Source of the DNA: Alphaproteobacteria bacterium
GTDB taxonomy: Bacteria; Pseudomonadota; Alphaproteobacteria; SP197
Direction: 5' to 3'
DNA: 64,000 nt
Assembly: GCA_964291415.2 (NCBI GenBank)
Contig: OZ219917.1
Location: 512,001 to 576,000, forward strand
The translations under genes and the position numbers were made by a program. This document shows, in pieces, positions 9,266-19,067 of the stretch. Within the stretch, counting starts at the first letter, position 1; every line of letters begins with the position of its first letter. A model generated the notes under the pieces. It saw nothing but the letters and a program-made list of their open reading frames with translations, searched no databases and was not told the origin of the DNA.

Positions 9266-10955
9266 CGAGTCCCGCCTCGAGCTTGCGGCGCACGGCGTCG
9301 ACAAGGTCCTCGTCGTCCGGCGCCAGCGTCAGCACGTGGCGCCACTGGAATCGTGCCTCGTAGTATCGCCCGGTTTTCCAGTAGGCATCGCCCAGGTGGT
9401 CGATGATCACGGCTTCGGCCGGTGCCAGGCCGACGGCGCGTTCCAGTTCGACGACGGCTTCGTCGTAGCGGCCGAGCCGGTAGAGCACCCATCCCAGGCT
9501 GTCGATCACCATGCCGTCATTGGGTGTCCGCTCAAGGGCGCGTTCGATGAGATCAAGAGCTTCGTCGAGGTTCTCGTTCCTGTCGGCCCACGAGTACCCG
9601 AGGTAGTTGAGGAGCCAGGGATCGTCCGGCCGCGATTCCAGGGATTCGAGAAAGGCCTTTTCGGCGCGCTCCCATTGCCCCGTCATCTCCAGCACCGCCC
9701 CCAGATCGAAGAGGAGCTCCGGCCGGCGGTACGATCTTTCATCAAGCAGGTGGAGCGCTTCATCGTAGGCTTCTACCGCCTCGTCCCATCTGCGGTGCGA
9801 ACGCATGATGTCGCCGATGGCCATGAAGGGATCGGCGCTCTCCGGCCGCTCCCGCGAGAGGACGCGTCCCAGTGTGACGGCGTCTTCGGTGAAACCCGCA
9901 TCGTTGAGGCTGCGAACACGGCGAAGCCGGGCATTCCAGGCAAGGGGAGAGTCGGGCGCCACACGGCCGTAGGCCGCCGCCGAGGCGTCGTCGCGCCGCA
10001 ATCGGGAGAGCACGTCCCCGGTCATGAAGTGAATGCGGTCGTCCGAGGGTTGGAGCCAGGCTGCGTGATTGAGCAGTGCAAGGGCCGCAGTTCCCCGGCG
10101 TTCGCCGAGCAACTGGCGTGCGGTTTCCGCAAGGGTGTCGGTGATCGCCTGAAACGCGTCGGGTCGCTCGGGCGGCGCTCCGCCGGCAAGCGCCCGTAGA
10201 GCGGCCTCCTCGAACCACGGACTCTCCGGGTTGATCTCCATGAACCGGCGGTAGAGGCCGGCGGCGTCCTCGCCCCGTCCGAGGCGCTCCAGAAAACCGC
10301 CGTAGGCTCGCGTTGTTTCCCAGGTGACGGTTTCTCCGGCTTCCATGGCCTCGCCGAAGGCCGTCTCGGCCACCCCGGACTCTCCCGCGGCGTCGCTGAG
10401 AAGGGCGACGTGATAGGCGATGAGGGGGTCACTGCCTGGCGCGGTGGTATCGAGGATTTCGAGGGCGCGCGCAGGATCACCCCCATGTGCCGCCGCCCAG
10501 GCGCGCGCGATGACGGCGAACGTGCCGAGCGGGCCTTCGGAGCTGAACCGGGCAAGGGCGTCGCCCGTGGCACCCTCATCACCTTCCGTCAGGGCGTCGA
10601 GAAGAAGCGTGACAGGGGAGATCTCAGTGATGACGTTCACGTCGGCGAGGTGTCGGGCCAGTTCGAGCGCCTGGTCAATCCGGCCGGCAGACACCATGGC
10701 CTTGTACGTCTGGCCGAGGAGCGTCACGTCCCCCGGACGGTGTTCAAGCGCCTGCGAAAGGAAGTCGGCCCTCGCCTCCATGTCACCCTGGTAAGCGGCG
10801 GCCCTCGACGCAAGGTAGGCACCGCTCATCGAGTCGAGATCGGTGACAGCACGGGCGCCCGGCACCATCGCCAGGCCCAGCAGCACAACGACCGTGCAGA
10901 CGAGGCCGTGGCACGCCCTGGACGTACCCTCGATCCTGAACGAAAAATCAACCAT
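9249..10955 (-). CDS. Tetratricopeptide repeat protein (exported); start uncertain
   Basis: SGAYLA N-terminal motif, LLNYLGYSWAD, DSLGWVLYRLG and DHLGDAYW..GR..EARFQW, typical of the TPR gene upstream of ispE. Confidence 0.85.
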   Translation of the reverse strand: MVDFSFRIEGTSRACHGLVCTVVVLLGLAMVPGARAVTDLDSMSGAYLASRAAAYQGDMEARADFLSQALEHRPGDVTLLGQTYKAMVSAGRIDQALELARHLADVNVITEISPVTLLLDALTEGDEGATGDALARFSSEGPLGTFAVIARAWAAAHGGDPARALEILDTTAPGSDPLIAYHVALLSDAAGESGVAETAFGEAMEAGETVTWETTRAYGGFLERLGRGEDAAGLYRRFMEINPESPWFEEAALRALAGGAPPERPDAFQAITDTLAETARQLLGERRGTAALALLNHAAWLQPSDDRIHFMTGDVLSRLRRDDASAAAYGRVAPDSPLAWNARLRRVRSLNDAGFTEDAVTLGRVLSRERPESADPFMAIGDIMRSHRRWDEAVEAYDEALHLLDERSYRRPELLFDLGAVLEMTGQWERAEKAFLESLESRPDDPWLLNYLGYSWADRNENLDEALDLIERALERTPNDGMVIDSLGWVLYRLGRYDEAVVELERAVGLAPAEAVIIDHLGDAYWKTGRYYEARFQWRHVLTLAPDDEDLVDAVRRKLEAGLDDDGQ

Positions 10956-11414
10956 CTGAAACAACACGGTTGTCTCTCTCACAGTTTCGTGCCTGAGGCA
11001 CCGAAACAAGACGTTTCCGTGTTCCCGATGCAACAGGGAAGGGAGAGAAACCATGGCGACCAGCCGCCTTGCGCAACGTCATGTCGATATCCTCAAGCCA
11101 GGCAGGAAAGTTCGTGACATCCGCGTCAGGAAACTCAAGGGCCCTTCGGCATCCGGATCCTGCCTTCAGGTCGCAAGTGTCATTTTCTCCACAGCCAGGT
11201 CGACGGTCAACGTGTCTGTCATGCCATCGGTGACGCCGTGGACATCACCCTGGCGTGCGCACGTTCAAGGTCAGTCTCCGATGCCACCGGAACCAGAGCC
11301 AGCCCAGGTTCAAGGGCGGGACGATGGCCGACATGACGTGGGCCGATGTCCGGAAGTGCTTTGCCTCACTCCTTGAGACACCGGCAGTCGTGGATCGTTC
11401 GACACCGTTTCTCG

Positions 11415-11485
11415 CGGTCATCCTCAGACAGTCCGAGATCTTCCCGGTTTCACGTCCGGCCGTCTATCGGACACTGAACATGCGG
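11415..11485 (+). pseudogene. Possible remnant of a serine resolvase C-terminal HTH
   Basis: Translates as EIFPVSRPAVYRTLN, resembling the ELFxVSRxTVYRxL tail of resolvase HTH_7; no catalytic domain seen. Confidence 0.35.
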
Positions 11486-11759
11486 CGGACCGCCTGGAGT
11501 GTCATTTCGCACTGGGCCGAGATTGACCCGCACACTGGCACTCAAGGCCTCGGGCAGGACTGCGGTTTCGAAGTTCAGCAAGAACGGCGCGAAAGTCGAT
11601 CTGAAGAGGTCAGACACACGGCCGGCGAGAGGCGCCTCATTGCGCTTCGTCCTGCCGTCTCGCACCAGTCAGCAGGCACGGAACTTCGTCGCGGAGGAAA
11701 GGATGAGCGTGAAATCAGACCATGCTGATACGCTGTCGTTCGGTCAAGTGTTGGCACCG

Positions 11760-12773
11760 CTATCCCTGCATTTTCCGCATCCTGAACAACAACAGGAACA
11801 CGAAGGTAGAACCGATCGAAGTGGTCACGATCCCGACCGGCAATTCCTGTGGTGCAAGGATAAGCCGGCTCAGCATATCCGAGACGGTGAGCAATACGGC
11901 GCCCACGATGGCCGCCGTTGGCACAAGCTGGCGGTGCAGCGGCCCCACAATTCCGCGCGCCAGGTGCGGCACCATCAAGCCCACAAAGCCGATCACGCCA
12001 GCGACAGACACAAACACGGCCGTGGCCAGTGCGGCCACGAAGAACATGCTGAAACGCAACCCCTGCACCGGCACACCAAGGGTCGACGCTGTGCGGTCTC
12101 CGGTCAGGAGCGCGTCCATCCATCGGTTGCGATAAAGGGAGTAGGCCAGGATCAGCACCAGTCCGGTGCAGACCAGCGGGAAGGTTCCCCATCGGGCCAG
12201 ACCAAGGCCGCCCAGCATCCAGAAAATCACCGAATGCGCGGCACGGCTGTCGCCCGCGAAAATGAGATAGTTGGTAATCGCCGCAAAGAGGAAGGACACT
12301 GCCAGTCCGGCGAGGATCAGCTTCTCTGGCGCGCTGGTGCGCAGACCGTGGACAAGCCCCAGCACAATGCCGGAGGCCACGAGACCACCGCAGAACGCCG
12401 CCAGCGGAAGCGTCCAGATGCCCAGAATGTCGCCCGTCACCGTGATGACAAAAACAGCGCCCGCAGCCGCGCCCGATGACAACCCGAACAGGAACGGATC
12501 GGCCAGGTCGTTGCGTGTGGTTGTTTGCAAAACCACACCGACGATGCCCAGTCCGGCGCCGATCACCGCCGCAAAGAGCGCGCGCGGCAAGCGCAGGTCG
12601 AACACGATCAGATGCAACGGAGATACATCGCCCTCGACAATCCCGCTGTTCAGGGCCATCGCCTCGACAACGTCGGAAAGCGCAATTGGTGTCGTACCGT
12701 AGAGGGTCGACGCCAGAAAAAGGGCGGCCAGAACGACCGCCCCCACAAGATTGACCAGACCCAATCGGAGCAA
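11760..12773 (-). CDS. FecCD/BtuC-family metal-chelate ABC permease
   Basis: LRLPRAL, RNDLADPFLFGLSSGAA, GFVGLMVPHLAR and ELPVGIVT. Confidence 0.9.
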   Translation of the reverse strand: MLRLGLVNLVGAVVLAALFLASTLYGTTPIALSDVVEAMALNSGIVEGDVSPLHLIVFDLRLPRALFAAVIGAGLGIVGVVLQTTTRNDLADPFLFGLSSGAAAGAVFVITVTGDILGIWTLPLAAFCGGLVASGIVLGLVHGLRTSAPEKLILAGLAVSFLFAAITNYLIFAGDSRAAHSVIFWMLGGLGLARWGTFPLVCTGLVLILAYSLYRNRWMDALLTGDRTASTLGVPVQGLRFSMFFVAALATAVFVSVAGVIGFVGLMVPHLARGIVGPLHRQLVPTAAIVGAVLLTVSDMLSRLILAPQELPVGIVTTSIGSTFVFLLLFRMRKMQG

Positions 12774-12774
12774 G

Positions 12775-13725
12775 TCAGTTCAACCCTGGGTGCATGGCCT
12801 GCGCCATTCTTGCGATCGCGCGGATGTTTGCCGGGCCAGGTGTCAACTCTTCGTACCGCAAGCCGATCCAGCGTTCGTTCCTGACCGCGTCCGTCTGAGA
12901 CATCAACGGGTGCTCTTGCAGGAACTTGAACGTGTCGGCCGCGCCGTTTCCTGTCTGATAGTCGAGCAGCACCAGAAACTCCGGATTGGCGGCAGCCACC
13001 GCCTCCCAGGAAGCGCGGCCCCAGCTTGTATCGAGATCATGGGTGATGTTCGCGCCGCCCGCAGATGCGATCATCGCATCGGGAATGGCGAACTTGCCCG
13101 CGGTGAAGGGCGCATCGGCCGGGCCATCCAGGAGGAAGACGCGGGGTCTTTCCAGGTCGGCGGTCTGCGTTTCGATGGCGGCGAGTTCCGCTTTCCAGTC
13201 AGCCACAAGCTTTTCGGCCCTGTCTTCAACTTGCATGACCTCGCCAAGGCGCAGAACGTCGTCAAACAGCAGGTCCATGCTGGCGGCGGGGCGATCCTTG
13301 TCGAGATGCACACAGCTTTCGGTCAGAACCATGGTCTTGATGCCGAAGGGCGCAAGCGTGTCGGGTGTGACATCGCCGCCGGGGCGCATGCCATAGTACC
13401 AACCGGCAAAGAACAGATCCGGTTCCACCGAAATGAGGTTTTCGATTGTTGGGTACTTTGGTGCCAGCTCGGGTATGTCGCCGCGCAGCTCATCAAAATC
13501 AGGACTTGTCTTGTACCATCCGGTGATACCTGTCAGGCCGACAATCTTGTCCTGCAGTTCCAGTGCAAAGGCCATGTCGGTCATGTTCATGTCATGCACC
13601 ACAATCCGCTCGGGCGCGGTATCGAAGACCAGCGGTTCACCGCAATTGTCGACAGTGATGCCGTCGGCGGCGGCGGCGCTGGCAAGGGCGGCAGCCGCAC
13701 TTGCCAGCAAGAGGTATCGAATCAC
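12775..13725 (-). CDS. Periplasmic binding protein, Fe-siderophore/B12 (class III) family
   Basis: Signal peptide; TVDNCG..FDTAPERIV; PTIENLISVEPDLFFAGW; SWEAVAAANPE. Confidence 0.88.
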   Translation of the reverse strand: MIRYLLLASAAAALASAAAADGITVDNCGEPLVFDTAPERIVVHDMNMTDMAFALELQDKIVGLTGITGWYKTSPDFDELRGDIPELAPKYPTIENLISVEPDLFFAGWYYGMRPGGDVTPDTLAPFGIKTMVLTESCVHLDKDRPAASMDLLFDDVLRLGEVMQVEDRAEKLVADWKAELAAIETQTADLERPRVFLLDGPADAPFTAGKFAIPDAMIASAGGANITHDLDTSWGRASWEAVAAANPEFLVLLDYQTGNGAADTFKFLQEHPLMSQTDAVRNERWIGLRYEELTPGPANIRAIARMAQAMHPGLN

Positions 13726-14522
13726 GTGTTGTTCCTTTCCATCGAGAGTTCAGTTTTTCGGATATCCAGCGCGGGGATCAGGCGACCTTGATGTGCAAAC
13801 TGCAGGTAGGTGACGCCGAAAATGTCCTGCACACGGTCGGGCGTCAGCACTTCGTTGACGGGGCCAAACCCGGTCAGCCGGGCTGTGTTGATCAGGGCGA
13901 CATGGCTGGCGAACTCGGGGATCATCACCAGATCGTGAACGGTCATGACCACGGTGATACCCAGTTCGGTCACCAACGACAGCATGCGGCCCTTGGCGTC
14001 CGGATCGAGGTGGTTGGTGGGCTCGTCCAGAAACAAGAGCGACGGATTCTGCGCCAGGGCCCGGGCAATATGCGCCCGTTGTCGTTCGCCACCCGACAGG
14101 ACGGCCATCCGCTTTTCGGCCAGGTCAGTGAGGCTTGTGAGACGCAGAATTCGCTCCATGTCTTCCGCATGCGCCTGGCTTGATCGGTCAGCCTGGATTG
14201 GTATCTGCCCGAGGGCCACGTAATCGCGCAGGAAGAGCCGCCCATCGGGCAACTCTTGCTGGCTGACCACAGCGATCATGCGGGCGCGCTCCGTGGCGGA
14301 AAGCAGTTTCAGATTGCGCCCGCTGATCAGCACATCACCGCCTGTTGGCGCTTCGGCGCCACTCAGAAGGCGAAGGAGTGTGGTTTTCCCGGCGCCGTTC
14401 GGCCCGGCGATGGCAAGAATGGTCCCGCCGTCCACGCTGAAGGACATGTCCTCTACCAGCGTGGTGCCGTTGGCCGCATCGTAACGCAGATCTTCGGCGA
14501 CAAGGAACGACTGGCCGGTCAT
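13722..14522 (-). CDS. FecE/BtuD-type ABC ATP-binding protein
   Basis: GPNGAGKTT, LSGGERQR, LDEPTNHLD; start placed at MTGQSFL. Confidence 0.9.
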   Translation of the reverse strand: MTGQSFLVAEDLRYDAANGTTLVEDMSFSVDGGTILAIAGPNGAGKTTLLRLLSGAEAPTGGDVLISGRNLKLLSATERARMIAVVSQQELPDGRLFLRDYVALGQIPIQADRSSQAHAEDMERILRLTSLTDLAEKRMAVLSGGERQRAHIARALAQNPSLLFLDEPTNHLDPDAKGRMLSLVTELGITVVMTVHDLVMIPEFASHVALINTARLTGFGPVNEVLTPDRVQDIFGVTYLQFAHQGRLIPALDIRKTELSMERNNT

Positions 14523-14658
14523 GTGCCTATCGTCCGCGTTGCGGACAAGGCGTCCGTTATCTGCGGGGACGCCGTCTGCGGGCTCTGGATTGACTCGAGG
14601 CGGGCAAGGTTTTTCGGGAGCAGGACCTCCATTGTCCAGCCGCGCCGCAGCGTTGCAT

Positions 14659-15089
14659 TCAGGTTCGAACGGAGCACGCAGATGTCGCTTCAAGCAGGGT
14701 GACGAGATCGGATGAACGTCCGGGCGGGGGCAAGCGCCCCAGAGTCCGCGCACGCAGGGCTGCCGGTCGCGCCCTGCGTCGCGGAAACCCCTCCGGCGCA
14801 GCAAGATGGAGAGGAATCAAGTCCTTGAGCGCCTCGACATGACTCGGATCGGCAGGGTCCAGGTCGCCAAACATGTATGAGAAGCGCCCGCTGGAACTGA
14901 GTGACACGACACATGGGCGTTCGCACTGGCTCATGCACCGCACACCCAGCACCTCGAACCCTTGATGCGGCGCAGTTCCACCGTGCAACAAGAACGCTTG
15001 GGCAAGACGCGTACCTCACGGACATCCCTCTGGACGGCCTGAAGCCCGTCCAGGTGGGTCATGCAGAACGAAAAGAGCGGCTTGGTCAT
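14659..15089 (-). pseudogene. DUF1636-family protein with a 1-nt frameshift
   Basis: N-terminus MTKPLFSFCMT..DVR and C-terminus GTRLAQA..GVRCMSQCERPC..FSYMFGDLDP..RPAALR..LGRLPP are in different frames; span is 431 nt. Confidence 0.7.
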
Positions 15090-15107
15090 GGTCCACGTCG
15101 ATCATAT

Positions 15108-15125
15108 GTAATGTTATAACGTTGC
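15108..15125. promoter_or_regulatory. Zur box
   Basis: GTAATGTTATAACGTTGC, a near-perfect AATGTTATAACATT palindrome between the divergent DUF1636/ABC and zur/COG0523 operons. Confidence 0.85.
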
Positions 15126-15181
15126 GTCCACTATCTTCATCTGCTAACCTCGTCAAGAGCGCTGACGACACGGAGGCAAAG

Positions 15182-15586
15182 GTGCCGCGGGGACGAATTC
15201 GCCTGACACATGCTGACAGGGTGCTCGAGGTTCTAAGGCGTCAGGAGTGCCCGCTCTCTGCCTACGAGATTCTGGAAGCTCTCCGCGAAGACGGCGTGTC
15301 CGCGGCGACGACCGTCTACAGGGCACTGGACAAGTTGCTTGAGGCCGGCCACGTGCACCGGATCGAGTCCCTGAACGCTTGGACAGCGTGCCGCGAACCG
15401 CATCATTCCGAGACTCCGGTCTTCGAGATCTGCGATGGCTGCGGCAGTGTCACGGAGCATGTGACTTCTCACCTTGCCCGCGACATCGCGGCCCTGTCCA
15501 CGGACTCAGGATTCGCGCCCGATCGCTCGGTCATCGAGATCCACGGGCGCTGCAGCGATTGCGGTGCAACCGCACCAAACACTTGA
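15182..15586 (+). CDS. zur: Fur-family regulator, Zur type
   Basis: [29 protein letters not shown] and two CxxC motifs; GTG start with GGAGG RBS. Confidence 0.8.
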   Translation: MPRGRIRLTHADRVLEVLRRQECPLSAYEILEALREDGVSAATTVYRALDKLLEAGHVHRIESLNAWTACREPHHSETPVFEICDGCGSVTEHVTSHLARDIAALSTDSGFAPDRSVIEIHGRCSDCGATAPNT

Positions 15587-15605
15587 CACTCGAAAAGGAC
15601 GAGAG

Positions 15606-16577
15606 ATGGACAATCCCGCACAAGTTCCCGTCACCGTGCTCACCGGCTTCCTCGGCGCCGGCAAGACAACGCTTCTGAATCGCATCCTCACTGAGCGCCA
15701 TGGCAAGCGCTATGCGGTCATCGTCAACGAGTTTGGCGAGGAAGGCATCGACAACGATCTTGTTGTAGATGCAGACGAGGAAGTGTTCGAAATGAACAAC
15801 GGCTGCATATGCTGCACCGTCCGCGGCGATCTGATCCGGATCCTCGGCGGCTTGATGAAGCGCGGCGACCAGTTTGCCGCCATTATTGTCGAAACCACCG
15901 GTCTTGCCGATCCGGCACCCGTGGCACAGACCTTCTTCGTCGACCAGGATGTCGCTGACCGCACGCGGCTTGATGCCATTGTGACCGTGGCGGATGCCGT
16001 CCATCTCGACGCGCAGCTCGGCGAGCATCACGAAGCGGAGGAACAAGTGGCGTTTGCCGATGTTGTGCTGCTCAACAAGACCGATCTCGTGGAAGCCGAT
16101 GGACTTGAGCGGGTCGAGGCGCGGATCCGCAAGATCAATCCCTATGCGAAGATCATCCGCACCGCGCATTGCGCGGCACCGCTGGGTGAGGTTCTTGGGC
16201 TGAATGCGTTCAGCCTCGATCGCGTCCTGGAGGTGGAACCCGACTTTTTGACCTCCGATCACGATCACGACCACGACGATGACGTCACAAGCCTCTCACT
16301 TGTCTCGGAAACGCCGCTTGATCTCGACAGGTTCCAGAAGTGGTTCGGTCAGCTCCTGCAGCAGCGCGGACAAGACATACTGCGCTCGAAGGGTATCCTG
16401 GACTTTTCCGGTCATGACGACCGTTACGTCTTCCAGGGGGTGCACATGCTGATGGACGGGTCGCCAATGGGGCCGTGGCCAGAGGACAAGCCCCGCGTGT
16501 CGCGTGTGGTGTTCATCGGTCGCGATCTCGAAAACATGGGACTGAAGGAAGGGTTTGAGGCTTGTCGGGCGGCGTGA
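15606..16577 (+). CDS. COG0523 (CobW/ZigA) G3E GTPase metallochaperone
   Basis: [38 protein letters not shown] and CobW_C (FQGVH, VFIGR). Confidence 0.92.
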   Translation: MDNPAQVPVTVLTGFLGAGKTTLLNRILTERHGKRYAVIVNEFGEEGIDNDLVVDADEEVFEMNNGCICCTVRGDLIRILGGLMKRGDQFAAIIVETTGLADPAPVAQTFFVDQDVADRTRLDAIVTVADAVHLDAQLGEHHEAEEQVAFADVVLLNKTDLVEADGLERVEARIRKINPYAKIIRTAHCAAPLGEVLGLNAFSLDRVLEVEPDFLTSDHDHDHDDDVTSLSLVSETPLDLDRFQKWFGQLLQQRGQDILRSKGILDFSGHDDRYVFQGVHMLMDGSPMGPWPEDKPRVSRVVFIGRDLENMGLKEGFEACRAA

Positions 16578-17641
16578 CGCCGGACCTGCAGAGGCATGTC
16601 AATCGGCGGCGCGGCTTCCCGGAATCCGAGTTGGAGAAGCGCGGCCTGAAGCTTGAGATCGGTGCTCCGGTCACGGGTGCCATTGCCGTAGGCAACGCCG
16701 TCGTCGTGGCTTCTGGTGATGGAACCCTTCACTTTTTCCGCCCTGAAACGGACCCCACCGTGACGAAGGCCCATGATGGTGCCGTCCTCTGCCTGGTCGC
16801 GGATGCCGATCACGTGCTGACCGGGGGCGATGATGGACGTTGTCTCCGCATAGCGCTCGATGGCCAGGTCGAAGAGATCGCCAGTTTCGGCTCGCGCTGG
16901 GTCGATTGTGTTGCCGCTGGTCATGGGCAATGGGCGTGTTCCTCCGGACGGACCGTGAATGTCTGGCGCAAGGGAGAAACCTCGGCGACATCGCTCGAGC
17001 ACGTCAGCACCATCGGGGGTCTCGCTTTCGACGCGAAGGGCAAGCGCCTGGCCGCCGCCCACTATGGCGGCGCGACGGTCTGGGAGCGCGGGGAGCGGCG
17101 GTGGAAGCGCTCGAAGCTTGTCTGGAAAGGATCCCATGGTGCCGTGACCTTCAGTCCGGACGGCAAGTATCTGGTCACGGCCATGCAGGAAAATGCGCTT
17201 CACTGCTGGCGCCTCCGCGACAAGGGCGACATGGCCATGCAGGGATACCCGGCCAAGATCAAGAGCTTCGCGTGGGTAGGCGATGCCCCTCACCTGGCTA
17301 CATCCGGCGCGGATGAAGCGATCTGTTGGCCCTTCAACGGGAAGGACGGACCCATGGGCCTGGCGCCACTTTGCGTCGCCCGTGGGGGCAAGCATCTGGC
17401 AACGTGCGTACAGTCCCTGAGCGAGGAGAATGCTGTCTTTGCCGGATTTCAGGACGGTGCCGTTCTCTTGGCCGAGCTTGATGAAGCCAAGGAGTCGATA
17501 GTCATTCGAGGTTCTGCGGGCGCCGAAGTGACAGCCATTGCCGTCACCAAGTCCCTGTCGCATGTGTTGATTGGCGATGCGAAGGGCAGTGTTCTCTGGG
17601 CGACACTGTGGGCAGGAGACACGCATGCGCGGACTGTTTGA
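16574..17641 (+). CDS. WD40-repeat (beta-propeller) protein
   Basis: [40 protein letters not shown] and [11 protein letters not shown]; coupled to the GTPase by GTGA overlap. Confidence 0.85.
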   Translation: MTPDLQRHVNRRRGFPESELEKRGLKLEIGAPVTGAIAVGNAVVVASGDGTLHFFRPETDPTVTKAHDGAVLCLVADADHVLTGGDDGRCLRIALDGQVEEIASFGSRWVDCVAAGHGQWACSSGRTVNVWRKGETSATSLEHVSTIGGLAFDAKGKRLAAAHYGGATVWERGERRWKRSKLVWKGSHGAVTFSPDGKYLVTAMQENALHCWRLRDKGDMAMQGYPAKIKSFAWVGDAPHLATSGADEAICWPFNGKDGPMGLAPLCVARGGKHLATCVQSLSEENAVFAGFQDGAVLLAELDEAKESIVIRGSAGAEVTAIAVTKSLSHVLIGDAKGSVLWATLWAGDTHARTV

Positions 17642-17885
17642 TCCCAAACGCCCCGATCCGAAGGCCGTGCGTCGGATCAAGATGCTCATAGCGGAGCGCT
17701 TCGATCTGCCTGAGAGCACGACACTCGCTGTGGCGGAACTGCGCTGCCATGAGCCGGATTGTCCACCGGTCGAGACAGTCATCACGGCACGGCAAGCCGA
17801 TGGGTCCATGCGGGACTGGCGGGTCGCCAAGCCTCTGAACGATGTTGAGCGCGCCGACATCGACATGCTGCACCACCAACCGTGA
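17625..17885 (+). CDS. Small conserved protein with ExxCxxxxCPPxET motif
   Basis: VAELRCHEPDCPPVETVI; GGAG RBS upstream; overlaps the WD40 gene end. Confidence 0.7.
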   Translation: MRGLFDPKRPDPKAVRRIKMLIAERFDLPESTTLAVAELRCHEPDCPPVETVITARQADGSMRDWRVAKPLNDVERADIDMLHHQP

Positions 17886-18191
17886 TCAGCCCGCCCCCAG
17901 ACACTGGGTGGTCGCTGCGGCGGACCAGTTACCACGGCGGAGCCTGAACTCCCAATACCACGCGGGGAAACAAAACGGTTGACTCCGGAATCCAGCCATG
18001 GCGTCTCGACATCGGGTGTCGAAAGGCACGACTGTGCCGTAGTCGTGTGAGAGCACTCTGGAGCCATTCGGAGGGTATGCCTCTCGCAGGCGGCTTCAGT
18101 CTTCGATTTTGGGTTTGTACCAACGTTGGGATGGCAGCCAGATCCGACACCCTATGGGAGCGCGGCCCGGATTTCAGGAGAGAGCAAGGCG

Positions 18192-18893
18192 ATGACGGAC
18201 AAGGTGGCAATGATCTCGGCGGGCGGCAGCGGCATGGGCGCCGCCACGGCCGAACGGTTGGCAGCTGACGGCTATCGCATCGCCATTCTTTCCTCGTCCG
18301 GCAAGGGCGAGGCGCTGGCCGGGACACTGGGTGGAATCGGCGTCACGGGCTCCAACCGCTCCAACGACGATATCCGGCGCCTCGTCGACCTCGCGATGGA
18401 ACGCTGGGACCGCATCGACGTCCTGGTCAACAGCGCCGGCCACGGGCCACGCGGGCCCGTGATGGAACTCACGGACGATGACTGGCACACCGGCATGGAG
18501 GTCTATTTCCTCTCGGCCGTGCGTCCGACCCGCGCCGTGCTGCCGGCCATGGAGGCCCAGGGATCGGGCGCCATCGTCAACATCTCGACCTTCGCCGCCT
18601 TCGAGCCCGATCCGGTGTTCCCCACCTCCGGCGTCTTCCGCGCCGGGCTGGCTGCCTGGTGCAAGCTCTTCGCCGACCGCTACGCCGCCGCCGGCATTCG
18701 CATGAACAATGTGCTGCCGGGCTTCATCGACAGCCTGCCGGAGAATCCGGACTTCAAGGCCCGCATCCCCATGGCGCGCTACGGCACGGTGGCGGAGATC
18801 GCCGCCACCGTCGCCTTCCTGGCTTCCGACGGCGCCGGCTACATCACCGGCCAGAACCTGCGCGCCGACGGCGGCATCACGCGCGCGGTGTGA
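18192..18893 (+). CDS. Short-chain dehydrogenase/reductase
   Basis: SAGGSGMG, LVNSAGH, NNVLPG and YITGQNLRADGG. Confidence 0.9.
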   Translation: MTDKVAMISAGGSGMGAATAERLAADGYRIAILSSSGKGEALAGTLGGIGVTGSNRSNDDIRRLVDLAMERWDRIDVLVNSAGHGPRGPVMELTDDDWHTGMEVYFLSAVRPTRAVLPAMEAQGSGAIVNISTFAAFEPDPVFPTSGVFRAGLAAWCKLFADRYAAAGIRMNNVLPGFIDSLPENPDFKARIPMARYGTVAEIAATVAFLASDGAGYITGQNLRADGGITRAV

Positions 18894-19067
18894 GAACGCC
18901 GCCGTCGCGGGGGGCGCCGGTCGCGGGAGTTGGCGAAGTCGCGCTGAAAACGGGTGAGTCCCCGGACGGCAGCACCACGGACATGGCGGACTCCGGATGC
19001 GCGAGAATGCCGTTGAAGCCGTCGGCCCTGGAACTGTTCATCCAGGTTTTCTCGCCAGGGCAATCCG

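Noticed and set aside
11053-11728. ORFs 11053-11376 and 11255-11728 as intact genes
   Set aside because: No family recognised apart from a short HTH-like fragment; treated as decayed island-edge DNA.
14523-15107. Cobalamin riboswitch upstream of the Btu/Fec-like ABC operon
   Set aside because: No B12-box or other conserved riboswitch elements recognised; the region is mostly DUF1636 coding sequence plus a Zur box.
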